Program-made: the position numbers and the translations under genes
The notes under the pieces: generated by a model
The model's input: only the letters and a program-made list of their open reading frames with translations
Database searches by the model: none
Told to the model about the DNA's origin: nothing
Assembly: GCA_035531375.1 (NCBI GenBank)
Contig: DATKSZ010000063.1
Span: 66,021-130,020, forward strand
DNA length: 64,000 nt
Source: Terriglobales bacterium
GTDB taxonomy: Bacteria; Acidobacteriota; Terriglobia; Terriglobales; SCQP01
Direction: 5' to 3'
Shown here: positions 34,402 through 46,505 of the stretch, one piece after another
Layout: each line of letters opens with the position of its first letter
How positions within the stretch are numbered: the stretch's first letter is position 1

Positions 34402-34968
34402 ATGAAAGCATCGCATTGCATCGCGGCGTGCGCGTTGGCGCTCGCCTTGGCTCCCTGGACGGCGGCGGCGCAAGCCGCCAATCCGGTCACGACCGCGGTC
34501 AAGAACTCGCTGCGGGGCGCCACCCGCAACATGGTGGCCTCGGCGCAGGAGATGCCGGCCGACAAGTACGGCTTCAAGCCGACGCCGGAGTCCATGAGCT
34601 TCGGGCAGTTGATCCTGCACGTGGCCACCTCGAACACCATGACCTGCCAGTGGATCAGCGGGGCGGCGGCGGCGCCGCGCACCCGGCTGACGCCAAGCTC
34701 GCCCAAGGCGGACTTGGTGGCGCTGCTGCAGGCCTCGTTCGCCTATTGCAGCCAGGCGCTGGCGAGCGTGGACGACTCCAAACTGGGGAGCCCGGTGAAC
34801 TGGTACGGCGGGCACAAAGTCACGCAGGCAGCGGCGCTGCTGGGTCTGGCCGACGATTGGGCCGACCACTACAGCCAGCAGGCCGCCTATTTGCGGCTCA
34901 ACGGCATGCTGCCGCCGACGGCGCAGCACCACGGGATGCCGAAGGGCAAGATGGGCGGGGGCTTGTAG
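34402..34968 (+). CDS. DinB-family protein with signal peptide
   Basis: AGGAGGAG lies upstream of the ATG. The signal peptide is MKASHCIAACALALALAPWTAAAQA. FGQLILHVATSN and the four-helix pattern are DinB-like. Confidence 0.55.
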   Translation: MKASHCIAACALALALAPWTAAAQAANPVTTAVKNSLRGATRNMVASAQEMPADKYGFKPTPESMSFGQLILHVATSNTMTCQWISGAAAAPRTRLTPSSPKADLVALLQASFAYCSQALASVDDSKLGSPVNWYGGHKVTQAAALLGLADDWADHYSQQAAYLRLNGMLPPTAQHHGMPKGKMGGGL

Positions 34969-34988
34969 CAGCCGGCCCGCCCGGCGGC

Positions 34989-35980
34989 CTACTCCGGCTT
35001 GAGCGAGCGCTGCATCAGCTCGGCGACGGCGTGGCGGGGGGGCTGGCCCTCGAACAGCACGCGGTGCATTTGGCGCAGGATGGGCATCTCTACCCCGCGG
35101 CGCTCGGCCAGGCGGGCCGCGGCGGCGGTGGTGCGCACCCCCTCGGCCACCATGGGGGTGGCGGCTTGCGCCTCGGCCAGGGAGCGGCCCTGGCCCAGGG
35201 CGATGCCCAGCGAGCGGTTGCGGCTTAGCTCGCCGGTGCAGGTGAGCACCAAATCGCCCAGGCCGGCCAAGCCGGCGAGGGTCTCGGCTTGGCCGCCGGC
35301 GGCGATGGCCAGCCGGCTCATCTCCGCCAAGCCGCGGGCGATGAGGGCGGCGCGGGTGTTGGAGCCCAGGCCCAGGCCCTGGCAGATGCCGGCGGCGATG
35401 GCGATTACGTTTTTGAGCGAGGCGGCCAACTCCACTCCGACCACGTCGGAGCTGGTATAGAGGCGGAGCGTGGGCGAGGCCAAGCGCTGCTGCAGGGAGG
35501 TGGCCAAGGCTGGGTCGCGGGCGGCGATCACCACGGCGGTGGGATCGCCGGCGGCGACCTCGCGGGCAAAAGTGGGCCCGCTCAGGGTGGCGAGGCGGGA
35601 GCGGATGCCGGCGCCCAAGACCTCTTCGGCAACCTCGGAGACGCGCAGCAGCGTGTCTTCTTCCAGTCCCTTGGTGGCCAGCACGATCTCGACCGCCGGC
35701 GGCAGCAGCGGGAGCAGGCGGGCGAGGGTGGCGCGCAGGGCGTGCGACGGCACCGCGATCAGCAGCAGGGGGGCCAGGGCCTCCGCCAGCGAGGCGGTGG
35801 GGTGGACGGCCGCGGGCAGGGCAAAGCCGGGCAGATAGACACGGTTTTCGCGCTCGCTGGCCATGGCCTGGGCGAGTTCCGGCTCATAGACCCAGAGTCC
35901 GGCCTGGTAGCCGTGCTGCGCCAGCACGATCGCCAACGCCGTGCCCCAGCTTCCCGCGCCGATCACCCCCACCGAGCGGG

Positions 35981-35984
<4 letters not shown>
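34989..35984 (-). CDS. gpsA: NAD(P)H-dependent glycerol-3-phosphate dehydrogenase
   Basis: VGVIGAGSWGTALAIVLA in the N-terminus, followed by LKNVIAIAAGI and GELSRNRSLG. The ATG at 35984 overlaps the plsY stop (ATGA). Confidence 0.9.
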
Positions 35985-36595
<611 letters not shown>

Positions 36596-36711
36596 GCGGC
36601 GAGGCCATTGTACAAGGGGACAGGGCGCTGCGGACAGGGCAGCGGGCGAAGGCGGCGGCAGCCGGGCGGGAGACTCGGACAACGGGCCGGGTTTCGAGCG
36701 AGAATGGGGGG

Positions 36712-36990
36712 ATGATTGCGGCGCTGCGCTTCCTTTGGTTGGCGACGCGCGGCCACCGCTGGCGGCCGTGGAAGAGCCCCTACCTGGCCTGGCGGATCGA
36801 GACTTTTAGCGGCCTGCCCGCCGAGCAGGTCGGGGCGGGCGCGTTCGTCGCCTTTTGCTGGCGCGAACGCGGAAGCCTGCTGCGCTTCCTGCGCTGGACC
36901 GGGGAGATGAGTGGGCACCGGCGGCAGAGCCGGCATCCGCTGCAGTCGGCCCAGGCCGGACCGGGCGAAGGCATCAGTTCCGCGGGGTGA
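36712..36990 (+). CDS. small Trp/Arg-rich hypothetical protein (92 aa)
   Basis: A GC3-rich ORF: MIAALRFLWLATRGHRWRPWKSPYLAWRIETFSG... Its 3' end overlaps the convergent TonB-like gene by 17 nt. I recognise no motif. Confidence 0.4.
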   Translation: MIAALRFLWLATRGHRWRPWKSPYLAWRIETFSGLPAEQVGAGAFVAFCWRERGSLLRFLRWTGEMSGHRRQSRHPLQSAQAGPGEGISSAG

Positions 36991-38041
36991 GGTTGTAGTA
37001 GAAGGAAAACTCCAGCGTGATGAAGGGGCCGTGGAACTGGCTGGGCAGCGGCGGAAACGGGTTGGAGGCGCTGATGGAGGCCTCCGCCGCCTGATCCAGC
37101 GAGGCGGTGCCGGACAAGCGCAGCGGATGGATGCCGGGCACGCTGCCGTTGCTGTTGATGTTGAACACCACCACCACCTTGCCTTGGGTGCCGAGGTAAA
37201 CGGTCTCCGGCATCACCGCATACCAGTTCTGGCGCACGATATCGATCACGCGGCGGAGATAGGGATCGAAGTTGACGCCCTGGGTGTCGGTGAGGATCTG
37301 GACGCCGGCGCCGGTCTGGCCGGGGGCCGAGCTGCCGCTGCCGCTGGGCGGGCTGGGCAGGGGAGCGGTTTCCATCACGCCGGGAGAGCCGGTGGCGCGG
37401 TCGTGCGCCGCCTGCTCGATGGCCCGCTGCAGTTGCTCGGCCACGCCCATGTTGAGGTGCAGGTTGGGGCGGGTGGCGGGCTTGGGGATGTTCTCCAGCT
37501 TGAGCTGGTTGTCGGCGGCCTTGGGCTGTGGCTTGGGCGCGGGCGGGGCGGGCTGGGGCGCGGCGGCGGGAGGCGCGGCCGGGCGGGGCGCGGGCGCCAC
37601 TGGCCCGGGCGGGGGCGTGGCCGGCTGCGGCTTGGGGGCGGGGCGGGGCGCCGGCACGCTGAGGGAATCCTTCAGCGGGGTGGGGTGGTCAAAGTGACGG
37701 TCGCGGTTGGACAGCGCCTTGGGCTGCACCGGCTTCTTTTTGGTGATGAGGTCGCGCGGCATCTCCAGATAGGTGAGTTGTTTGGGTTCCAGCTGGGGCT
37801 GCGGGGCGGCGCGCGGAATCTTGATCGGCCCGAAGAGCTTGGGGCTGAACAGGAGCAGAAGTATGATCAGCAGATGGGCGATCACCGAGAGGAAGGCGGA
37901 CTCGCGGCGCTTGGCGCGCTGGCGCTGGGAGTGCAACTCCAGCAGCAGGTCGTCAATGGGAAAGTCGGCGCCGCGCAGATGGGGCGGCGGCGGCGGGAGG
38001 GTGTCGTCCTCCGGGTCCGCCAGTAGTCGGATGAGGGCCAT
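36974..38041 (-). CDS. TonB-family energy-transducer-like protein
   Basis: An N-terminal TM segment (FLSVIAHLLIILLLLF), a long Pro-rich linker, and a C-terminal TonB_C-like domain (GKVVVVFNINSNGSV...SLDQAAEASI). Confidence 0.65.
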   Translation of the reverse strand: MALIRLLADPEDDTLPPPPPHLRGADFPIDDLLLELHSQRQRAKRRESAFLSVIAHLLIILLLLFSPKLFGPIKIPRAAPQPQLEPKQLTYLEMPRDLITKKKPVQPKALSNRDRHFDHPTPLKDSLSVPAPRPAPKPQPATPPPGPVAPAPRPAAPPAAAPQPAPPAPKPQPKAADNQLKLENIPKPATRPNLHLNMGVAEQLQRAIEQAAHDRATGSPGVMETAPLPSPPSGSGSSAPGQTGAGVQILTDTQGVNFDPYLRRVIDIVRQNWYAVMPETVYLGTQGKVVVVFNINSNGSVPGIHPLRLSGTASLDQAAEASISASNPFPPLPSQFHGPFITLEFSFYYNLTPRN

Positions 38042-38116
38042 CGTGGGGGCTACGTCGTGTCCTCATGATAGCAGTGGCGGCGAATGGCCGCGATTTTCCT
38101 TTATGCTGGTGCTGCG

Positions 38117-39937
38117 ATGTCGGAGTTCACCAACCAGCTCAAGGCCAAGGCCGACATCGGGCGCCTGATCGGCGAGTTCGTGGCGCTCAAGCCCGGCGGC
38201 AGCGGCTATGTGGGCCTGTGTCCGTTCCACAGTGAAAAGACTCCGTCGTTCCACGTGCACCGCGCGCGGCAGTTCTATTACTGCTTTGGCTGCCATGCGC
38301 ATGGCGACATCTTCCAGTTCTTCATGCAACTGCGCCACCTGACCTTTCCGGAGGCGGTGGAGCAGGTGGCCGAGCGGCTGGGGGTGACGGTGCCGCGCCA
38401 GGGGGCGGGCGAGGGCGACCCGCAGCGCCAAGAACTGCTGCGCATCCACGCCTCGGCGCAGATATATTTCGAGCGGCGGCTGGCGGCGCCCGAGGGCGCG
38501 GCGGCGCGGGCCTATTTGGCCGAGCGCGAGCTGGAGCCGGCGGCGGCGCGCTTCCAGCTCGGCTACGCCCCCGAGGGGGGCCGCGGACTGGCGCTGCACC
38601 TGCAGGCCGAGGGCTACACGCCCGACCAGGCGTTGCGCGCCGGGCTGTGCCAACTGCGGCGCGAGAGCGGCGGCGAGCGCGCCCCGGAGGCGCCGGCCTG
38701 GACCGACCTCTACGACCGCTTCCGCCAGCGGCTGATGTTTCCCATCGCCGACGAGCGCGGGCGGGTGATCGCCTTTGGCGGGCGGGCGCTGGCGCTGGAC
38801 CCCACCGGCAAGACGCCCAAGTACCTGAACTCGCCCGAGAGCCCGCTCTACACCAAGGGCCGGGTGCTGTACAACCTCGACCGGGCGCGCGAGGCGATCC
38901 GCCAGCTTGGCTACGTGATCCTGGTGGAGGGATATTTCGACTGCATCCGGGTGTTTGAGGCGGGCTTCGAGAACGTGGTGGCAAGCTGCGGCACGGCGCT
39001 CACGGCGGCGCAGATCGCCCCGGTGGCGCGGCTGAGCAAGAAGGCGGTGATCAACTTCGATCCGGATGCCGCCGGGGCGGCGGCGGCGGAGCGCTCCATC
39101 GGGCTGCTGCTGGAGGAGGGCTTCGCCATGCGGGTGGTGGTGCTGGAGGGCGGCCTCGATCCCGACCTCTACGTACGGCGGCGGGGGGCGGCCGCCTACG
39201 GCGAGGCGCTGAAGGGGAGCCGATCGTTCTTCGACTACTTGGCCGAGCGCGCCCGCCGCCAGTACGACCTGCGCCGGGGCGAGGGCAAGGTGGCGGCGCT
39301 CAACCACTTGCTGCCCTACCTGAGCCGGGTGCACGACCCCATCCTGCGGCAAAACTTGGCCGAGAACCTGGCAGTGGAGTTGGGCATCGAGGCCGGGCTG
39401 CTGAGCCAGCAATTGGCGCGGGCGGCGCGCGAGCGGCGGGCGCAGATGCCGGCGGCGTCGCCCGGGGCGGCGTCGGAGATGCTATATGCCGAGCGCGTCA
39501 TCTTGCGCGCCTTGGCGGAGTGGCCGGAGCGGCGGGCCAGCCTGGGCGGGATGTTGCAGCAGGAGGAGTTGTTGCAAGGGCTGCCGTCGGAAGGGGTGGC
39601 GGGGGCGTTGCGGGCGGCCGGGGAGGGGCTGGCCACCTGGGAGGAGATGACGGAGGGCTGGGAGGCCGCGGACCGGCTTTGGCTGGCGCAGGCGCTGCTG
39701 TCGCCCCAGGGAGAGGCCGAGTTAAGCGAGCCGGTGCTGGCAGGGGCGTTGGCGGCGCTGCGCGAACGCCGTGCCGGCAAGCAGACGCGCGAGTTGCAGG
39801 GGCGGATTCAGCAGGCAGCGGCCCGCGGCGACCGGGTGGAGTTGGAGGGATTGTTGCGGGAGAAGGCGGCCTGGGATGCCCGCCTGCGGCAGCCGGAGGG
39901 CGAGCCGGGCGGGGGCGCCGCGGCGACGGGCGGGTAG
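38117..39937 (+). CDS. dnaG: DNA primase
   Basis: The zinc finger is CPFHSEKTPSFHV...YYCFGCHAHGD. A Toprim region (ILVEGYFDCI) is also present. Confidence 0.95.
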   Translation: MSEFTNQLKAKADIGRLIGEFVALKPGGSGYVGLCPFHSEKTPSFHVHRARQFYYCFGCHAHGDIFQFFMQLRHLTFPEAVEQVAERLGVTVPRQGAGEGDPQRQELLRIHASAQIYFERRLAAPEGAAARAYLAERELEPAAARFQLGYAPEGGRGLALHLQAEGYTPDQALRAGLCQLRRESGGERAPEAPAWTDLYDRFRQRLMFPIADERGRVIAFGGRALALDPTGKTPKYLNSPESPLYTKGRVLYNLDRAREAIRQLGYVILVEGYFDCIRVFEAGFENVVASCGTALTAAQIAPVARLSKKAVINFDPDAAGAAAAERSIGLLLEEGFAMRVVVLEGGLDPDLYVRRRGAAAYGEALKGSRSFFDYLAERARRQYDLRRGEGKVAALNHLLPYLSRVHDPILRQNLAENLAVELGIEAGLLSQQLARAARERRAQMPAASPGAASEMLYAERVILRALAEWPERRASLGGMLQQEELLQGLPSEGVAGALRAAGEGLATWEEMTEGWEAADRLWLAQALLSPQGEAELSEPVLAGALAALRERRAGKQTRELQGRIQQAAARGDRVELEGLLREKAAWDARLRQPEGEPGGGAAATGG

Positions 39938-40194
39938 GCGCCGATTCCCAAGCCGCCGGCTGGGGGCCAAGCCCGGGTTGGAACTGCCGGCGGGCGCACC
40001 GGGCCGGGGCGGCAGCAGGAAAAAGAAACCGCCAAGGGCTGGGTTTCATCTAGCCAAAAGGGGCAGGTGGGGCGAGGTGCCAGCCGTAGGTCGTGGCGGG
40101 ACGGGGCTTTGCGGACCGGTTGTGCTTTCCTTTCTCCCAGGCGCTGCGATAAAATAGGCAGTTCTGGTTGTTCGCGCCCGCAAAAGGAGTGACC

Positions 40195-41874
<1,680 letters not shown>

Positions 41875-41886
41875 GGAAGCACCGCC

Positions 41887-43383
41887 ATGGACGAGCAGGT
41901 CGTGCAGCCGTCCGCCGAGCCAGCGCCGATTGGGGGTGCGGCGGCGGCGGGCCCGGAGGCAGGCCGGGGGCGTTCGGCGCTGGCGGTGGTATTGGCGCTG
42001 GGGCTAAGCGGCGGTCTGCTGGGCGGCTGGGTGCTGGGGCGAAGTGGAGGCCGGGACGGCGGCGCGCCGATGCCGGGCAGCATCGCCGCAGCCGAGCGGG
42101 CCGTGGCGCCGGCGGTGGTCAAGATCGAGGTGGAGAGCCCGCGGCGGGCCCGGCCCGGATTCCGCCTCCCGCCCGGGCTGGTCTTGCCGGCACGCCCGCG
42201 CCTGCAGCACAGCCTGGGCTCGGGGCTGATCGTGGATGCGCGCGGCTATATCGTCACCAACCGCCACGTCGTCAACCACGCCCAGCGCATCCGGGTGGCC
42301 GTGCCCGGCGACCACCACACCTACTTTGCCCGCCTGGTGGGCATGGACGACGAAACCGACCTGGCGGTGGTCAAGATCCAGGCCCCGCACCCGCTGCCGG
42401 TGGCGCGGCTGGGCGACTCCCGCCGCTTGGCGGTAGGCGACTGGGTAGTGGCGATCGGCAGCCCGTTCGGGCTGGAGGACACCGTCACCGCCGGCATCGT
42501 CAGCGCCCTGCACCGGGCGATGGACCCCAGCCAGCAGTTTGAGAGCTTCATTCAAACCGATGCCCCCATCAACCCGGGCAACAGCGGCGGCCCGCTGATT
42601 GACCTGGCGGGCGAGGTGGTGGGCATCAATACCTCCATTTACACCTACACCGACGGCTACCAGGGCGTGGGCTTCGCCCTGCCCAGCCGCCTGGTGGCGC
42701 AGATCTATCCGCAACTGATGCGCCAAGGGCATGTGACCCGGGGCTCGATCGGGGTCTACTTCGAGAGCGCGATTGATCCGGCGGTGCGGCGCGTCTACCA
42801 CCTCGGCCCGGGAGTGCCGCTGTCGGAGGTGGCGGCCAACGGACCGGCAGCGCGTGCGGGGTTGCGGCCGGGCGACGTCATCACCAGCCTGAACGGGGTT
42901 CCCATCGCCAATGGCGACGCGCTCATGAACGCGGTGGTGGTCCTGCCCATCGGCGAGAGGCTGCAGGTGGGGTATGTGCGCAACGGGGAGGCGCGGCAGG
43001 TGGAGGTGGAGGTGGCGGACCGCAGCCGGCTCTATCCCGACCCGGCGGCGGGCACGCCCGCGCCGCCGCCGCTGCCCCCGCCGGCGCCGGATTGGGGCCT
43101 GAGCCTGCAGGCCTCCGACCAGGGCACCGGGGCCAAGGTCAAGGCGGTGGCGCCGGATTCGTTCGCCGACACCATTGGCATACGCAGCGACGACGTGGTG
43201 GTGGAGATCAACCATCAGCCCATCCACTCCCTCGCCGACGTCAACCGCATGGCGGCGGCGGTGCAGAGCGGGCAAGACCTGGCCATGGTGCTGCGCCGGC
43301 CCAACGGCGACGGCACCGTCAGCCGCTGGCTGGTGGGCGGCACGCTGCCGCCGCTGCCGGCGGCCGCGGGGCCGGGGCGGTGA
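41887..43383 (+). CDS. HtrA/DegP-family serine protease with two PDZ domains
   Basis: Catalytic-triad context TNRHV, DLAVVKI and GNSGGPL, followed by two PDZ-like segments. Confidence 0.9.
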   Translation: MDEQVVQPSAEPAPIGGAAAAGPEAGRGRSALAVVLALGLSGGLLGGWVLGRSGGRDGGAPMPGSIAAAERAVAPAVVKIEVESPRRARPGFRLPPGLVLPARPRLQHSLGSGLIVDARGYIVTNRHVVNHAQRIRVAVPGDHHTYFARLVGMDDETDLAVVKIQAPHPLPVARLGDSRRLAVGDWVVAIGSPFGLEDTVTAGIVSALHRAMDPSQQFESFIQTDAPINPGNSGGPLIDLAGEVVGINTSIYTYTDGYQGVGFALPSRLVAQIYPQLMRQGHVTRGSIGVYFESAIDPAVRRVYHLGPGVPLSEVAANGPAARAGLRPGDVITSLNGVPIANGDALMNAVVVLPIGERLQVGYVRNGEARQVEVEVADRSRLYPDPAAGTPAPPPLPPPAPDWGLSLQASDQGTGAKVKAVAPDSFADTIGIRSDDVVVEINHQPIHSLADVNRMAAAVQSGQDLAMVLRRPNGDGTVSRWLVGGTLPPLPAAAGPGR

Positions 43384-43775
43384 GCGGGCTGCTGCTGCTG
43401 GGCGTGCTGTGGCTGGGGCCGCAGCACGCCGCTCCGCCTCCCCACCGCGCCGCCCACCACCTGCTCCAGCACGCCGCCACGCGCCGCGCCGGCAAGCAGC
43501 CGGCGGCGCGGAGAGCGGCCCAGCGGCGGCCGCCGCGGCGGCGTGCCGTCCGGCGGCGGCCGCTCGGCATCGCCCCGGCGCGCGCCGCCCAAATCCAGCA
43601 GGCGCTGGTCGCGGCCGGCTATTTGCATCACGCCAGCGGGCGTTGGGACGCGGCCACCGCCGCCGCCATGAAGAAGTTCCAGGCCGAGCACCGCTGGCAA
43701 ACGCGCTTTGTGCCCGACGCCCGCGCCCTGATCGCGCTCGGGCTGGGCCCGGCGGCCACACCGCTCGGGGGCTAG
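43380..43775 (+). CDS. peptidoglycan-binding-like domain protein
   Basis: The GTG overlaps the htrA stop (GTGA). There is a hydrophobic N-terminus. IQQALVAAGYLHHASGRWDAATAAAMKKFQ resembles PG_binding_1. Confidence 0.45.
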   Translation: MSGLLLLGVLWLGPQHAAPPPHRAAHHLLQHAATRRAGKQPAARRAAQRRPPRRRAVRRRPLGIAPARAAQIQQALVAAGYLHHASGRWDAATAAAMKKFQAEHRWQTRFVPDARALIALGLGPAATPLGG

Positions 43776-43853
43776 GCGGGCGCGGCCGCGGGCGGATCTG
43801 GCGCGGGGGCCCATCCGGGGGGTGGGGACATCCTGTCGTACACTAGTGTCTGC

Positions 43854-45341
43854 ATGGCCATGCCTGCACCCCTGCAAAACCTGATCGGCGGAGCCTGGAC
43901 GGCGCCGCGCTCGGGCGCCTATCTGGAGCGCCACAACCCGGCCGACACCCGCGAATTGGTGGCGCAGTTTCCGGCCTCCAACGCCGAGGATGCGGCCGCC
44001 GCCGTGGACTCGGCGGCGGCCGCCTATCCCGCCTGGCGGGCAACCCCGGCCCCGCGGCGGGCGGAGATCCTCTACCGGGCCGCCGAGCTGCTGGTGCAGC
44101 GGAAGGAGGCCTACGCCGCCACCATGACGCGGGAGATGGGCAAGGTGCTGGTGGAGGCCCGCGGCGACGTCCAAGAAGCCATTGACATGCTGTACTTCAT
44201 GGCGGGCGAGGGGCGGCGGCTGTACGGGCAGACCACGCCCTCCGAGCTGGCCAACAAGGTATGCATGACCACACGCGTGCCGCTGGGGGTGGCCGCGCTG
44301 GTGACGCCCTGGAACTTTCCCATGGCGATCCCGAGCTGGAAGCTGGCGCCCTGCCTGCTGTGCGGCAACACCGCCGTGCTCAAGCCGGCGGAGGATACGC
44401 CCCTGTCGGCGCTTAACTTTGTGCAGACGCTGTACGACGCCGGGCTGCCGCCGGGGGTGGTAAACGTGGTGATGGGGCGGGGGGCGGAGGTGGGGGCGGC
44501 GCTGGTGGGCGACGAGCGCACCCGCATTGTCTCCTTCACCGGCTCGACCGCGGTGGGCCGCGAGGTGGGGCAGCGGGCCGCGGCCAGCTTCAAGCACTGC
44601 AACCTGGAGATGGGCGGCAAAAACGCCATCCTGGTGCTCGACGACGCCGAACTGGATCTGGCGGTGGACGGCTGCCTGTGGGGGGCATTTGGCACCAGCG
44701 GCCAGCGCTGCACGGCTACCAGCCGGATCGTGGTGCAGGAAGGCGTCTACGACCGCTTCCTCGAGGCATTGGTGGAGCGGACGCGCGCGCTGCGGGTGGG
44801 TCCGGGGCTGGACCAGGCCAATCAGGTGGGCCCGATCGTGAACGCCAAGCAGCTCCAGCGCATTGAGGAGTACGTGGCGCTGGGCCGGCAGCAGGGGGCG
44901 CGCCTGGTGCTGGGGGGCGAGCGGGTGCGGCAGGGGGCGTGCGCGCAGGGGTATTTCTACGCGCCCACCATCTTTGCCGAGGTTTCGCCGGAGATGCGCA
45001 TTGCCCAGGAGGAGATCTTCGGGCCGGTGCTGTCGGTGATGCGCTGCGGGGGGCTGGAGGAGGCCATTGCCATCGCCAACGGCGTCGCCTATGGACTCTC
45101 CTCGGCGCTCTACACCGCCAACGTCAACGCCGCCTTCCGCGCCCTGCGCGACTTGGAGACGGGCATCGTCTACATCAACGCGCCCACCATCGGAGCCGAG
45201 GTGCACCTCCCCTTCGGCGGCATGCGCAGCACCGGCAACGGCCACCGCGAGAGCGGGCTGGCGACGCTGGACGTCTACAGCGAGTGGAAGACGCTGTATG
45301 TGGACTTCAGCGGGCGGCTGCAGCGGGCGCAGATCGACTGA
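43854..45341 (+). CDS. NAD(P)-dependent aldehyde dehydrogenase
   Basis: Motifs PWNFP, FTGSTAVG, LEMGGKNA, GQRCTATSR and EIFGPV. Confidence 0.9.
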   Translation: MAMPAPLQNLIGGAWTAPRSGAYLERHNPADTRELVAQFPASNAEDAAAAVDSAAAAYPAWRATPAPRRAEILYRAAELLVQRKEAYAATMTREMGKVLVEARGDVQEAIDMLYFMAGEGRRLYGQTTPSELANKVCMTTRVPLGVAALVTPWNFPMAIPSWKLAPCLLCGNTAVLKPAEDTPLSALNFVQTLYDAGLPPGVVNVVMGRGAEVGAALVGDERTRIVSFTGSTAVGREVGQRAAASFKHCNLEMGGKNAILVLDDAELDLAVDGCLWGAFGTSGQRCTATSRIVVQEGVYDRFLEALVERTRALRVGPGLDQANQVGPIVNAKQLQRIEEYVALGRQQGARLVLGGERVRQGACAQGYFYAPTIFAEVSPEMRIAQEEIFGPVLSVMRCGGLEEAIAIANGVAYGLSSALYTANVNAAFRALRDLETGIVYINAPTIGAEVHLPFGGMRSTGNGHRESGLATLDVYSEWKTLYVDFSGRLQRAQID

Positions 45342-45385
45342 GGAGCAGGCGGAGCGGGCAGCAACCGGCTGATTTGGGACAAACC

Positions 45386-46498
45386 ATGATTATAGGTGTA
45401 CCGCGGGAATTGAAGGATCACGAGACGCGCGTCGGCCTGGTGCCGGCCGGAGTGGGAGAACTGACCAGCCTGGGCCACACCGTGCTGGTGGAGACGGGGG
45501 CGGGGCACGCGTCGTTTTTCGACGACGAGGAGTACCGCCGCCAGGGGGGCGAGATCATCACCACCGCCAAGGAACTGTGGGGGCGGGCGGAGATGGTGTG
45601 CAAGGTGAAGGAGCCGATCGAGCCGGAGTACCGCTTTTTTCGGCCGGGGCTGATGCTGTTCACCTATCTGCACCTGGCGCCGCTGCCGGAGCTGACCGAT
45701 GAGCTGCTGCAGCGCGAGGTCACCGCCATCGCCTACGAGACGGTGGTGGGGCCGCAGGGAGGCTTGCCGCTGCTGGAGCCGATGAGCGAGGTGGCGGGGC
45801 GGCTGGCCGTGCAGGTGGGAGCGCAGTATATGGAGCGCCGCTACGGCGGCCGTGGCCTGCTGCTGGGCGGGGTGCCGGGGGTGCCGCCGGCGCGGGTGCT
45901 GGTGCTGGGCGGCGGCATCGTGGGCACCAACGCCGCCAAGATCGCGGTGGGCATGGGGGCGGTGGTGACCGTGGCCGACCGCAGCGCCACCCGCCTGCGC
46001 CAGCTCGACGACCTGTTTGGCGGGCGGGTGCTGAGCCTGGCGGCCAACCCCACCACCATCGCCGAGGCGGTGCGCGAAGCCGATCTCGTGGTGGGGGCGG
46101 TGCTGATCCCGGGCGCGAGCGCGCCCAAGCTGGTGAGCTCGGCGATGGTGACCCAGATGAAGCGCGGGGCGGTGATCGTGGACGTGGCCATTGACCAGGG
46201 CGGCTGCATCGAGACCGCCCACCCCACCACCCACACCCATCCCTCCTACGTGGTCCATGACGTGGTGCATTACTGCGTGACCAACATGCCGGCGGCGGTG
46301 CCGCGCACCTCGACCCTGGCGCTCACCAACGCCACCTTTGCCTACGTGCGCCAATTGGCCGATTTGGGCCTGGCAGCGGCCGTGGGCAACGACGCCGGCT
46401 TGCTCGCGGGAGTCAACACCCATCGCGGCGAGTTGACCTGCGCGGCGGTGGCCAGCGCCCAGAACCGGCCGCATCGGGCTTTGACCGAATTGTTATAA
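45386..46498 (+). CDS. ald: alanine dehydrogenase
   Basis: The N-terminus is [23 protein letters not shown]. The NAD site is [14 protein letters not shown]. Confidence 0.9.
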   Translation: MIIGVPRELKDHETRVGLVPAGVGELTSLGHTVLVETGAGHASFFDDEEYRRQGGEIITTAKELWGRAEMVCKVKEPIEPEYRFFRPGLMLFTYLHLAPLPELTDELLQREVTAIAYETVVGPQGGLPLLEPMSEVAGRLAVQVGAQYMERRYGGRGLLLGGVPGVPPARVLVLGGGIVGTNAAKIAVGMGAVVTVADRSATRLRQLDDLFGGRVLSLAANPTTIAEAVREADLVVGAVLIPGASAPKLVSSAMVTQMKRGAVIVDVAIDQGGCIETAHPTTHTHPSYVVHDVVHYCVTNMPAAVPRTSTLALTNATFAYVRQLADLGLAAAVGNDAGLLAGVNTHRGELTCAAVASAQNRPHRALTELL

Positions 46499-46499
46499 T
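46491..46499 (+). promoter_or_regulatory. extended -10 element TGTTATAAT overlapping the ald stop codon, 6 nt upstream of the hrcA GTG
   Basis: An exact TGnTATAAT match read directly at 46491-46499. No properly spaced -35 element is present. Confidence 0.35.
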
Positions 46500-46505
46500 T
46501 TACAG

